DNA from: Podospora anserina
Taxonomy: Eukaryota
Assembly (NCBI GenBank): GCA_017654855.1
Contig: CM030332.1
Coordinates: 3,534,001 to 3,598,000 of the forward strand
Direction: 5' to 3'
Length of the DNA: 64,000 bases
The position numbers were made by a program, and so were the translations under genes. The stretch's first letter is position 1. The number at the start of each line of letters is the position of its first letter. Under the pieces are notes generated by a model. It made no database searches, had not been told where the DNA came from, and was given only the letters and a program-made list of their open reading frames with translations. Positions 33,481 through 45,861 of this stretch are shown one piece after another.

Positions 33481-34542
33481 TGTTGTTACCTTTTCTGTGG
33501 GTTATCTGGGAATTGAAAAGCTAGCTAGAGGAGTTTGTGATGTGTTTGGATGTACTCATGTATGATGAAGTTGACAACTTTGGTGGAACTGGCCTTGATT
33601 GGATAAGATTGGTGTTTGAGTTGTGGCACTTGGACGCAGTGCTTGGGCTCAATATTTGGGTTGTGGGTTGGGTGTATCAGTCGATGAATGGGGTGTTTGT
33701 GTGTAGTTGTCTTTGGTAAATCTGGTTTTATACTATCAGCATGTGGGCCCATGAAGGTCGGAACCTCTTAGATCGGAACAGCTTCCGTAACCGCTACCGG
33801 GCCGGGGCTCATAATGGGATCCGCCACGGAACCTCCGTGCCAAGCCGGACTGGATTTCGGAATGCTTCTCAAGCCCTGCCGGGCAGAAAAGAGGGTTAGG
33901 GTTAATACAATGGCTGACAAATTACCCCCTCTTTGCCCCACTGCAATCTTGGCTCCAGAGCTGCGCCTTCGTGATGGACCTTCTCCTTTTCTCAACAGTC
34001 GCCAGTGCGTCAGGTGCATGCTCGGAGGGCACAAATCACTGAACAGGAAGCTTGCCATTGGCACTCTTATCCATTGTTTTGCCAATGGAATCGACTGACT
34101 GAATGGGTAGAGTGAAGTGGGGCTGCGTTAGTCGCATCTGCACTGCGCTGTGCTGTCGCAGTTGAGGGCGCTGTGGTGGCTGCGACAATCCAAACCATAG
34201 ATAGGGTGGTTAACCTCTGGGACAATAACCCAAAATAAAACCGTAGCTATAGAAAAATAAAAGAAACAATATTGTGGCTTCATTTTTGAAAACACCAGTC
34301 GGTCGCACGCCCTCAGAAGCAGCCTTCTTTGCTAGGTATTGTCCAGCCAGAACTGGATTGAAACCACACCATCAACCCCCAGGTCGACGAGTGGTCACAG
34401 CACAGCGAGCGGCCCCAAAACTCGCAGCAACGCTCTTCGGTGCCAAGCGACCTTTTCAATTCCCAACTTCAGTCAGCGACAGTTGCGACTTGATATCGGC
34501 AGCAGGAGCATGTGCAGCGGACCATGACAGACACGCTGCACA

Positions 34543-36477
34543 ATGGCCATGACATCCTCTGCGACCCGCTCCAAACGAACCGAGGGTCTCCATGCCACCA
34601 TCTCGCACCCCAAGTTGCTCTCCAGCAGCAGCGCTGACTATCGCCGCCCTGTCGCGACCGCCATGCCGAAGCAGAACAGCAAACAATTCCCGCTCAGCCC
34701 GACTCGCGCCTATGGAAAGCGACATCTCGACCTCTCGTCTGGCAATTGCGATGCCGTCATACCAAAGAAGGCCAGGATTGCCGTAGAGATCCCGGCGAGG
34801 CCCTCGTCGTACCACGCCCGAGTTGCGAAAGAATCGGCCGACGCGCCACCATTGCCGCTGCCCACCAAACCCACTGTCGCGGCGGCGGCACCACCACCAC
34901 CCCAACCCCGATCTGCGATACCGACACGAGCCCCGCCGGCGCAACCCGCGACAGCAAACAATGCCGAGAAACACCCTACTAGCCTCACAAAACATCAGGA
35001 AAAGGTCGTCAATGGGCTCAAGCATGAGCTCAGCAGACTGCAGCCGAACACGGAGGACACAACGAGCACCACCCAAAGCCAGGGTCGCAAGTTGAGGTCA
35101 CAAGAAGCCACTCGTTTCAAGAGTGAGCTCTCTGCTTATTTTCCCGAGTACGATGAGGTCATTGGCAACGACCAGAAAAAAGAGTGTGAGTTTATCTTGC
35201 ATATTGTCATCTCCATTCAACTGCTAACCCGTTCGCGTCCTTTAGACTCGTTGAATCTCGAGACTCCAGTCGCCGTAGTATCCGATACCGCACCTCCTCC
35301 CTCTGCCTGGGCTTCCAAACCTCCAACCTTCCCAGTCGAGAGCTGGGGCGATAAGTTGTACACCGACCTCCACGACTGCCAACGAATTGACTTTGCATTC
35401 CTCGCAAAGCAATCCAAGCCACTTGATCCCTCACAGCACCAAGCAGACCCCTTGCCCGATAGTTATTACGAACCAATCCATAAAAAAGAAGAAAAGCAAG
35501 AGCGCTCGGTACGAAATACCGAAAAGATTCGTGCCCAACATGAACGAGACCAAGTCATCCGCCTCCTGGACGGCCTCCAAGGCCCAGACTGGCTCAGAAT
35601 CATGGGTGTGAGCGGCATCACCGAATCCAAAAAGAAAACCTTCGAGCCTGCGAGAGAGTATTTCGTCAAGGGTTGCGAATCCATCCTGGATAAGTTCCGG
35701 CGATGGACGGCGGAGGAGAAGAGAAGGAAGCGGGAGAAGGAAAGGAAAGCGAAATACCTGGCCGACAGGGAGACTGCCACGAGTGAGGAGAAGGATCTTG
35801 AGCCCTCTGCTGGGTCCAGCCGTGCCACGTCTACAAGTCATGAGGAGAAGCATACGAAGAAGAAGAGGAAGAGAGAAGTGGTGGTTCCGGATAGCGAGGA
35901 TGACGCTATGGGTGATGATGAGCTGGATGGTGAACCACCAGATGATGCTGAGGAGAGTGACGTTGATGCTTCTGTCGCTAAACAGCTTCGAGAAGAGGCT
36001 CTTGCGGCGGCTGCTAAGAAGTCGTCTTTGAAGTCGAAGCCGCCACCGAAGAAACGGGTTCGTCCTTCGAAGCCACCACCACCACCACCACCGCCACCAC
36101 CACCACCACCACCACCACCACCGCCACCACCACCACCACCACCACCACACCAAGCTAAAAAGGCACCGACTGTTGAGTCTTTTCCTGCCCCGCCACAGCA
36201 GGAGAGGGAGTTTACGTCTTTCTTTGCGAAGAAACATCAGCGTGATGCTGCTCTCAATTCAAACCGTCGCCGAATTAGTACCAGAAGGAACCCAGTTCTT
36301 GCTTGGGGCGTGGCCGTTCCCGAGGTTGCAGAGGCCGATTTTAGTCTCTCGGAAGAGATCAGGGATGAGGTGATGGGGTCGAGGAACAGTGCTCCTGCTG
36401 CTACGACTACCAACGATGCTGCCGCCGCTGTTAAGCTTACCAGGGGCCGTCCTGCGAGGGGGAAGAAGAAGCCTTAG
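34543..36477 (+). CDS. SAS4: SAS complex subunit Sas4-like; 60-nt intron 35186-35245
   Basis: RKLRSQEATRFKSELSAYFPEYDEVI; DPLPDSYYEPIHKK.EKQER..RN.EK.RAQHE; LQGPDWLRIMGV; FTSFF; AWG..VP. Intron GTGAGT...GCTAAC...TAG. Confidence 0.88.
   Translation: MAMTSSATRSKRTEGLHATISHPKLLSSSSADYRRPVATAMPKQNSKQFPLSPTRAYGKRHLDLSSGNCDAVIPKKARIAVEIPARPSSYHARVAKESADAPPLPLPTKPTVAAAAPPPPQPRSAIPTRAPPAQPATANNAEKHPTSLTKHQEKVVNGLKHELSRLQPNTEDTTSTTQSQGRKLRSQEATRFKSELSAYFPEYDEVIGNDQKKECEFILHIVISIQLLTRSRPLDSLNLETPVAVVSDTAPPPSAWASKPPTFPVESWGDKLYTDLHDCQRIDFAFLAKQSKPLDPSQHQADPLPDSYYEPIHKKEEKQERSVRNTEKIRAQHERDQVIRLLDGLQGPDWLRIMGVSGITESKKKTFEPAREYFVKGCESILDKFRRWTAEEKRRKREKERKAKYLADRETATSEEKDLEPSAGSSRATSTSHEEKHTKKKRKREVVVPDSEDDAMGDDELDGEPPDDAEESDVDASVAKQLREEALAAAAKKSSLKSKPPPKKRVRPSKPPPPPPPPPPPPPPPPPPPPPPPPPHQAKKAPTVESFPAPPQQEREFTSFFAKKHQRDAALNSNRRRISTRRNPVLAWGVAVPEVAEADFSLSEEIRDEVMGSRNSAPAATTTNDAAAAVKLTRGRPARGKKKP
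36073..36147 (+). repeat. (CCA/CCG)n tract encoding about 25 consecutive prolines in SAS4
   Basis: Read directly. Confidence 0.9.
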
Positions 36478-36652
36478 TTGCCTCATTTTTGTCGAAGCAG
36501 AGAGATGACCATCATGCCCGTCATCACACTTTGCAACATTAACACATTGTTCCTCGCCACATGCTTACGCGAGTATATATTTGTACATTATCAAACTACC
36601 ATCAACCCCGCATTGATAGGGGACTTGTAGTTATTCAAAGGATACAAAGGGT

Positions 36653-36688
36653 TTAGGGTCAGGGTCAGGGTCAGGGTCAGGGTCAGGG
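36653..36688 (+). repeat. TTAGGG(TCAGGG)5 telomere-variant hexamer array
   Basis: ttagggtcagggtcagggtcagggtcagggtcaggg read directly. Confidence 0.9.
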
Positions 36689-37329
36689 GTAAACTTGGGA
36701 ATTTTCAAGCAGGGAGTTTAGGGGGGGTTTCGGATTATTTGGGTTGGGTTGGGGTTTGCTGGGCAGACTTTTACCGTCATAGGAAGGGGAAATAACTGTT
36801 TTTGCGACTGGCAAATTGTTTGGGAGGAGTAGAGACGGTGAGGAGTACCGGGGGTGCAGGACAACAGGCTGCATAGTGTAGGGGTGTTTGTGGGGGTAAT
36901 TGATGTGGGAGGGGGGGTTGTTTATCTGTAGAGATAATTGTATTTATAAATCAAGGTATTAGGAATATCTTTGTGGTTGGGGTGTTTATTGTGAGCGATT
37001 TGTGATCTTAATGGGTGGTAAAGGGGTTGGTGGTGCTGTTCAGGCTGTGAGAATAGCCAACGACTCCTGTGTTGACATGAGAACTGAGCAGACAACACTC
37101 AAAAATCTCCAAACTCCTTGCGAAAAAAGACATATATACCGCTCAAAAAGTTACATGAAACCAGCCCAGGCCCAAACCTGGCTATGCATATACCTAACCC
37201 ATAACCCCCTTTCCCCCCAAGTCCAGAACCATGAATGAACCTAACAGTCCTTTTTGTTCCCTTTCCCCAGCCAACCCAGTCTATAACGCCCCGCCCCTAA
37301 TTGCCTTGTCCGTATTATATGTACCCCCT

Positions 37330-40300
37330 TTACCTCCCCCTTGCCCCCCCCTCCAAATTGAACCTCTCCACATTCTCCTCCGTCAACCTCTCCCCCAGCC
37401 CCTCCTTCTTCCCCCCAAGAACAGAAGGACTCTTCGCCGCCCCAATCCCCGCCGCCCCAACAAGCTTATCATCCCGACTGTGCATCGCACTCTCCTTGTC
37501 CTCCTCAAAGTGCTTAATAACAGGCGACATCGGCACCCCCCCCGGCCTTTCCTCACTCCCCGGCCTCGACAGCCCTTTCTGCGGGGAGATAGACTTGGGA
37601 GTGGTACTATCCCCACCACCACCACCACCACCACCATCACTTACAACCCCCACCCCATCACTCACGACCGTATACCCCGGAAAATGCCCCCTTTCCTCCC
37701 TCCCCTCCCCCCCAGGCTTAGGCGTGGCCAGTTCCTCATGCATCTCTCTATCATGTTCCACCCCAACCCCCGGAATCCCCGCATTATCACAATGCTCCCC
37801 CGAATCCGAACAATCACTCACCACACTGCTCCCAACCCCATCATCCACCGCCACCATCCCCCCTTTCCTCCCCTTACTCCCCCACCTGACCAACATCCTC
37901 TCCAAAACCCTACTCTTCACCGGCTTGCTCAGATAATCATCCATCCCCGCCCTCTTGCACTTCTCCCTATCCCCCTGAATCGCACTCGCCGTCATGGCCA
38001 CGATCGGCACGTCCCCCACAAAAGCCTTATACGGCAAGTGGTGCCTCAGCAAGTGCGTGCACTTGTACCCATCAATCAGCGGCATCTGCACATCCATCAA
38101 AATGATATCCGGCTTCTTCTTCTCCCCATTCTCCGCCGCAATCAGGTAATCCAGCGCCTCCTTCCCGTTCCAGGCAGCAACAACATTAAAGCCGAGTTTT
38201 CGAATCGTTTTGATGGCAATCTGCTGATTGATAGCATTGTCCTCCACAACCAAAATGTGGATCTTGGACCTCTCTTCCAGGGACAGGTCTTCCTCAGGCG
38301 AGGACACACCAGGTAGGTTGACCGACGACGAGTTGCGCCACGATGAACGGCCCCTGTCCCCAAGTACAGAACCGATCTCGGGGGGCGTTCCCATAGCATG
38401 GTCGTACTCCGAGCTGTGGCACGAGACGCTCATCTCCGACTGCAACCGATCAGGAATGGGATCAATCTGGACAAGGCTGGACTTTTGAGCAGCACCCTGG
38501 GGCTTGTTGAACGGGATCCAAAACGTGGCCGTCGTCCCCGTCCCAAGAGTGGACTCGAGCACCATCCTCCCCTTCATCAAATCCAGCAGGTGCTTGCAAA
38601 TCGTCAACCCCAATCCCGTCCCGCCAAACTTCCTCGCCGTCGAAGCGTCACCCTGACTAAAAGGCTGAAACAACCTCTTCCTCACCTCCTCCTCGATCCC
38701 GATCCCCGTGTCCTCGATCACAAACTTGATCTCGGTGATCTCGGGCGTGTCCTTCTCCTTGAAAACCGAAAACTTGACATGCCCATGGTTGGTGAACTTG
38801 ATGCTGTTCGTCACCAGATTCGTGATAATCTGCCTCACCCTCCCAGGATCGCCCATAACCACCATGTCAGTCTCGATATCCTCCGAGATGTCGGAATGAA
38901 AGGCCAAATCTTTTCGCTCGGCGGCAAAGCTCAACATCTTGGACACATCTCGGACGATAACCGAGAGCGAGAACTGGACTTCTTCAATGTCGAGCCTCCC
39001 CGACTCCACCTTGGAAAAGTCCAAAATGTCGTTGATGACCGTCAACAGCGCGTTGGCGGAGCGGTAGATGTTTTCTGTAATGTCACGTTGTTCTTCCGTG
39101 AGCTCAACGTCGAGAAGCAGCTCCGACATCCCGATCACGCCTGTGATGGGGGTTCGAATTTCATGAGACATCTACCTTCAATGTTAGCTCCCGCAGTTTG
39201 TTCATCAGACGTGTCACCACCTACATTAGCAAGAAACTGCGACTTCAACCTGCTGGCCTCCTTGGCGGCAGCTTCATTAGCCACCAGTTGTCTCTTTTCC
39301 TGAGCCTGCGCCTGGATGTCCTGTTCTCTCGCCTTGAGCTCGGTAACATCCATGATGAGGCCTATCACGCCCTCGATGATGGTGTTTGCTTCCCCCTTCT
39401 CACGGATTCTTTTCCCTAGAATGGGTTGGAACCGAGTGCGGTACCAGCGTCCATCTGTTGCAATGTCAGCATATACCAATAGTCGCTTGCTAGACCCAAA
39501 AACATACCCATCTCATGCTCTTGAAAGTCCTCCCTCGTCGTACTCCCATCAAGAATAGACTCCAGCGGACTTAAGAAAGCCGGCATCTGTCCCTCTGGCA
39601 GCTGCGAGTTAAGACGATTAAACACGTCGTAAACATTCTCCCCAATAAACCAGCGCGAGGTGGTATTGTCACACTGATAGTCCCATATCAGCGCTCCCTC
39701 AATCATGGTGATCTTCCGGTTCAGGTCGACCGTAAACATCGTCATGTTAGACAGAGCGATAACACTGAGAAGCTGCTGCCGAGTTCTCTTAGCCTCGATC
39801 TTGGTCTCGATGCTTTCATGGACGTCGGTGCATGTTCCTAAACAAACGAATGAGTGCTCCGTCACAGATCTGCCAGGGACAGACGAAAGCTCACCAAACC
39901 ACTTCTCAATCTTGCCCGTCTGCTTATTCCGCAACGGCAGCGCCCTCCCCAGAAACCACCTCCACTCCCCATCCTTGCTGCGACACCTGTACTCCGTCAT
40001 GTAGGGCTCGCCAGTCGCCAGAGAGTGCTTCCACCGCTTCGCAGCCTCCACCATGTCATCCGGATGAAAAGGCTTCGACCACCCCTCACCAAACGAGTCT
40101 TCCTCGGACAGGCCGGTGTAATGATACCACCGACTATTATAAAAATCATGCTGCCCATCAGGCGTCGCCGTCCACACCAACTGCGGCATCGTGTCACAAA
40201 TAAGCCCAAACCTCTCCTCATCCGCCGCCTTGATCTGGTTCAGCTCCTCATGAAGCCTGGTCACATCCCGGCATGTCACGACGCCGGCGAGAAACTCCCC

Positions 40301-41848
40301 CGTGTTCTCATCATTGATCGCCACCCCCTCCACGTCAAAAACAAGACTTTTCCCATGCTCATCACGCATCCCGATGCGGAGGCCGACAAAGGGCTTCTCG
40401 GTTCGCAACAGCACAGCGATCGGATACTCGCTCGGATCCAGCTGCTTCGTAAAATCCTGGTCCCATACCATCCAGTTTGGCAGCAGATCAAAGCCATCAG
40501 CCGACTTGTCAAGGTCAGCGTTTCGGACAAACAAGTTGCGGGCAGCACGGTTGGGAAGCGTTACACTTCCGTCTCTCCACATGGCCAGGATGGGCGTCTG
40601 GATATTATCAAGCAAGGCATCCTTCATGATGTTGATCTTTTGGAGTACCGACGGCGCGCTTGAGGGTGCCGAGGCAGCGGGCGGTCCAAAGGGGGGGAAC
40701 GGGTTGGCGGAAAAGGACACGGCAGAAGGGCTGAGCTTGAACGAGGAGGAAGCGTTGGAGTCCCTGCTAGAGGCCGCAGAAGGTGGGTTGCTGACATGAG
40801 GTATAGACTTCCTCTCGGCAGCTTCCAAATAACTCGGTTTGGCCGTCGATTTTCTCCTACTCATGGCGGGGCTGAAAGCCGAGTTGGTGTTGGTGAAGGT
40901 CAACGTGAAGAAAGTTTGTCCTTCGCTGACATCCCAGACCGATATGATCATCTTGGCACGCCTTTGGGAAGCCGACAAGTTGTGCCTTGCTCGAGGATCA
41001 TACGTGGAACTGGTGACATCTTTGGGAGAAATCACCACCTCGATGGCGAGGGTTGGCGTGTGGTCATGGGGTTTTCCATCGAAAACGTGGTCATCATTCG
41101 CTCCGTCCGGTATTGGCGTGGCATCTCCGTCGACCTCGACGGCGCCGTCGGCTGTCGCCGATGGACTTCCACCTCCCGTTTCGACAGCAGCTTGGTTGAG
41201 AAATTGCTCCCAATCAAGCCAAACCGGAACGCCGTCCTGAACCAGATCAATGCCCACCTGAGCCAGGGTCTTGCCGCGAAGAATGTCCACGACGGGTACC
41301 ATGCCGTCACCGTCGGCACCAACATTTTCGGGTATCATACCGAGCAGTCTTCCCATGGCTTCGTTTGCCAAAGCTACCGTCTTTAAGCCGTCCAAAACAA
41401 GCACGGGTACTGGGAGAAATTGTAAGGCTGAGAAGGCCACTTGTCCGGGCGTGATACATGGCATCGGTATGCGAAATGGACTGGCGTTTTGCGATCGAGG
41501 AACACCTGGCGTGAGTAAGGGAGCGTCCCTAACGAACCGATTACCGCTTATGGGGGCCACATTGTAGGCGGGCGACTGAGGTCGACTGTGATGGCGGGTA
41601 TATCGACCAAAATACTGCGTGTCGTCTGGGGTCGAGTGCGGGGAATGGCGGACAGGGACTGCTGGGCTGGTGTCGACGGCGCAGCTGGCCTCCTGTAACT
41701 CTTGACTGGGCGTCATGTCGACGTCGCCGTCAGGAGGGGCATCGAGCAGACAAGGGCCCGCGAGCCCAAGATGGCTGGATTTGAGGTTTGGCGGGGTGTA
41801 TGTGTGCGTATGTGATTTGGTCGTCAAAACAAAAACGTTTTTGGGCAT
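37330..41848 (-). CDS. Cytosolic hybrid histidine kinase (PAS/PAC repeats, HisKA, HATPase, receiver), probably fungal group V-like; introns 39838-39894, 39455-39507, 39172-39224
   Basis: PAS segments (LPVPVLVLD..LANEAM; DTMPQLVWTATPDGQHDFYNSRW; EYRCRSKDGEWRWFLGRA). H-box FLAN|MSHEIRTP; NLVTNSIKFT, DTGIGI, GGTGLGL; receiver ILVVEDN...ILMDVQMPLIDG...KP. Start could be 41716 instead. Group assignment is inference. Confidence 0.93.
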
Positions 41849-44075
41849 CCAGGAGTTGTGTCTTTGGCTAGATAGTTTCGGTTCGAATTGGTCCAGACAC
41901 TGGACAGCATCAGCAATGACTAAACTCCCACCGGCGGCTCAGGAACTCTATTGTCACGTTAAGCTGGGCATCTCCGTCTTAGAGCTCGCGTTGCGTTGTG
42001 AAGGGCGCGGCTGATTCTATGGAAGCACAGAAAGTGTATGGTATGAGGTCGCGATAGCAAGTCGAAGATTGGAAAGCAGTGCGAGATAATCTACTCCCAC
42101 CTCGCTCTCTCTGGTAATTCAGATGCAAATGGAAAGAATCGACTAGGCCCCCGGGGTGGCTTTTTTGCCCAGTGCCAACGGTACCTAGGCCGGCTGCGTA
42201 ATCCGACCTGAGCGGCTTTAAGGTTGGTTTAGTCAAGGCCGTTTGTTTCTGCTCCCGGTGTCGTCATTGGCAACCACGTCCCTAAAAGATCAGAGCAAAC
42301 TCTCCCACTGAGCCGTTAGCTGAACACTAGTAAGTTTGAACATCCGATGAACGGTAACAGGGGGAAATCCACAAGGATGGAACAGTGGAGGGTCAGCATC
42401 AGATTTCTGAAGTGGCAATGCTACCTCAGCGGTCACTATCGTGAAGATCGTGTATCCGAGACAGCAATGGAATGCGCCGAACGGAAGCACTGGGTCAGAC
42501 GAAAGCGGGAGGGGTGTCAGACCAATGTCATCTCGCAGTTTGTCCAACTGTGACCCTCACCGCCCTCAGCTGGACAACTCTGCTCAGAGATGGGATTTCC
42601 ACTCAGAAGCATGGGATTTTGCATTGTTCCGTATATAATGCCCCAAAACACGGTTCCATTCGCGATGTCGAAGCCGATGCGACCTTCTGTTGATCGCTTG
42701 CATTTCATTGGGCGGGCATTGCTAACAGTTGCCGGCAGTTGTCGTTACCAAACCACCGCTTGGATTTCATGTTCTCAACACTGACTTTTGGACCATCTCG
42801 AAAATCATATTTTATAGCACCCCGTCGTGCCTGTTCCACGAGCGCACAGCAGTTGACACTTTTGACACGTCTCACCGGTTCGGATGACTGACTCGGGAGG
42901 TCTTCTAGCCGAGTAACCCAAGCCAACAAAATTGGGAACAGAGACTGTTTGTCTACCTTGATGAGAATCGAGACTTTACGGTCCAGCCCCGAATCACGGC
43001 TCTACAACAAGCCCGGGGCTGTGTGGTCAGGATGAAGCCGGAGACAAGACAGGGCCAAGCCCGTGACTCCACTTCTCCACACATTCGCCGGCACCGGATG
43101 CCGGGGGCACGTCGCCGGGTATCCTTCGGGCCGTTCAGCACGTGGGTTCACTCCCCGATACTACTACGACAACGCTCCGGTCGAGACACCTTGCGGCTCT
43201 TGGGACACACCGTGTGATGGTTGCTCTATAGTGACATGCTGACGAGTGTGCGGCTCATCGACAATGTCTTATCGGCCCCCCCTCCCACCCCCCTCGACCC
43301 CAAATTCTGGCTGTCACGCTGCCACCAGGTCTTTCTTGGTCCGCATTCCGAGCCCTTGGCGCCCAGAACCCGGAGTCGAAGCAAGGCTGAGCCTCCGAAC
43401 GCAGCACCCGCGATGAATGCCGAACATGCTCCCCACCATGAGTACCCCACCTGGAGACCCCGCAGGAAGGGTCTAGAGAGATGGAGGGGTCACCAGGGAG
43501 CTGGGTTTTGCCATCGGATTTGCCCCGTTGAACAACGTCACTGGAAAGGGAAGGCTCAAACATGGCATTTTCTGCATCTTCGGATGGCAGCTGTCTACAG
43601 TGAGATGAGATGATGGTGGCCTTCTCTTCACCTTTGGACAACCAATCATAAGTGATCATTGTCATGACAGACAAGTAGGAACCCAGCATCACCAGGGCAG
43701 GCCGGCAAGTGTTTTCAGTGTTTTATACCCTCCCACATGCGCGCCGCTTCACAACCCCATCTTGGCCACGGTCTCCGGGGACGGCACTCATCCAGGGGTA
43801 ACGCCCCTCGCGATACCCACATGCCGGCCTGTGACAAGATCCCAGACTCTGCTCCTCCAGGCCAATCCAGGTTCACCCCCCACATGATGACCGATCATGT
43901 CTGTCTTCTTCCTATTTTTCTCCCGCTTCTCCCCAGCTTCATCGGCTTTGTTCCCGTTCCTCTGGATCTCACTTCTGCTGTAGCCTCTTCCTTGTTTTCT
44001 TCTTGTTGATACCCCGGACTGTACCTTGCCTTTGTCTTCTTTCCCATCTCTCTTTCCCCGCCTTTTTCGCCCATC

Positions 44076-45568
44076 ATGTCTGACGCCGCCACCTACTCGG
44101 TCCCTTTCTGGATCAACGGCGAGGAGTACCACGCCGAGAAGCAATACGATGTCATCTCGCCCGTCACCGGCAAGGCCATCCACCGGTCCGGCGCCGCCTC
44201 GGATGCCGACGTGAAGAAGGCCGTCGAGGCCGCCGACAAGGCTTTCAAGACGTGGAAGAAGACACTCCCCAAGGAGCGCCGGGATGTCTTCTTGAAGGCT
44301 GCTGAGATCTTTGAGAGGAGGAAGGAGGAGCTCGGGGACTACATGATGCAGGAGACTGGTGCCCCTCGCCAGTGGGCCGACTTCAACTTGGACGTCGCGA
44401 AGGACTTCTGCCTTGACATTGGCGGCCGGATCCGCACTCTCGAGGGCACCATTCCCACCACTGCCGATCCTGAGACCGGCGCCATGATCGTCAGGGAACC
44501 CTTTGGTGTCATTCTCGCCATTGCCCCATGGTATGTTGCCCTGATGGCACGCAGCGCTTCACATCAAAAGCTGACATGCAGATCAGGAACGCCCCCTACA
44601 TCCTCGGCATCCGCTCCATCCTCTTCCCCATCGCCGCCGGCAACACGGCCATCCTCAAGGGCAGCGAAGCCTGCCCCCGCACCATGTGGGGCCTCTGCTC
44701 CGTCTTTCACGAGGCCGGCCTCCCCGCCGGCGTCCTCAACATGCTCGTCCACTCCCCCCAGGACGCCCCCCGCATCACGGCCAACCTCATCGCCGAGCCG
44801 GCCGTCAAGAAGATCAACTTCACCGGCTCCACCGGCGTCGGCCGCATCATCGGCCGTCTGGCGGGCGAGAACCTCAAGCCCGTCCTCCTCGAGCTCGGCG
44901 GCAAGGCCCCCGCCATCGTCTGGGAGGACGCCGACCTCGACAACGCCGCCTTCCAGTGCGCCCTCGGCGCCTTCCTCAACAGCGGCCAGATCTGCATGTC
45001 TACCGAGCGCATCCTGGTTCACAAGAACGTCAGGGCCGAATTCGAGAAGAGGTTTGTCGGCGCCATTGACCAGATTTTCGGGTCTGCTCCCGACGCGCCT
45101 ATCTTGATCAACAGCGCGGCTGTGACCAAGAACAAGGCTCTCATCAAGGATGCGCTGGCCAAGGGCGGCGAGTTGCTGTACGGCAACCCTGACGCTGTGG
45201 AGAAGAGCGACACGAGGATGAAGCCGGTTGTGATCACCAATGCGAACAGGGAGATGGAGATCTACCAGACGGAGAGCTTTGGGCCGTCGGTGGCGTTGTA
45301 TGAGATTGAGACGGAGGAGGAGGCGCTGGAGGTTGCGAACGACACCGAGTATGGTCTCACGTCGGCGGTCTTCACGGAGGATCTGAGGAGGGGGTTGAGG
45401 TTTGCCAAGGAGATCGAGACGGGGGCGGTGCACATCAATAGCATGACGGTGCATGACGAGAGTGCGCTGCCGCACGGTGGCGCGAAGGCGAGCGGGTATG
45501 GGAGGTTCAATACTGCCACGGGGATGGCGGAGTGGGTGAGGACCAAGACTATCACTTACAAGTTTTAG
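44076..45568 (+). CDS. NAD-dependent aldehyde dehydrogenase, salicylaldehyde/vanillin dehydrogenase-like; intron 44531-44586
   Basis: IAPW|NAP after splicing, ILKGSE, NFTGST.VG, LELGGKAP, catalytic GQICMSTER, ESFGP, LPHGGAKASGYGRF. Confidence 0.94.
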
Positions 45569-45861
45569 GTGAGGGCTGTAAGGTTGGGGAAGGCAGGGGT
45601 AAATAAGGGGCTACTGCACATATAAATGAAGCATCTTGAACTGTACAGCTCTGGTCCATCAATGCGAATTGCTACAGATTGATTGCTATCGAGGTTGACA
45701 GCTATTAGGGGTATCTGTACCTACTGAAGGAGAATTAGATATCTGACTGGCAGAGATGGCGAAGTATCTCGGCTTCAAACCCCTTGAAAATTCTTTCTAG
45801 TCTCCGTATTCGGAATTTCTTACCTTATCCCCTTCTCGCCACCATATACCACTCTAACAAG

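Noticed and set aside
33000-34130. Telomerase RNA gene using TAACCCTAACCC (minus strand at 33893-33904, or plus strand at 3061) as template
   Set aside because: Sordariales telomerase RNA is roughly 2 kb and would run into neighbouring coding regions. I see no pseudoknot or CR4/5 features. An Infernal search with the Ascomycota telomerase model would settle it.
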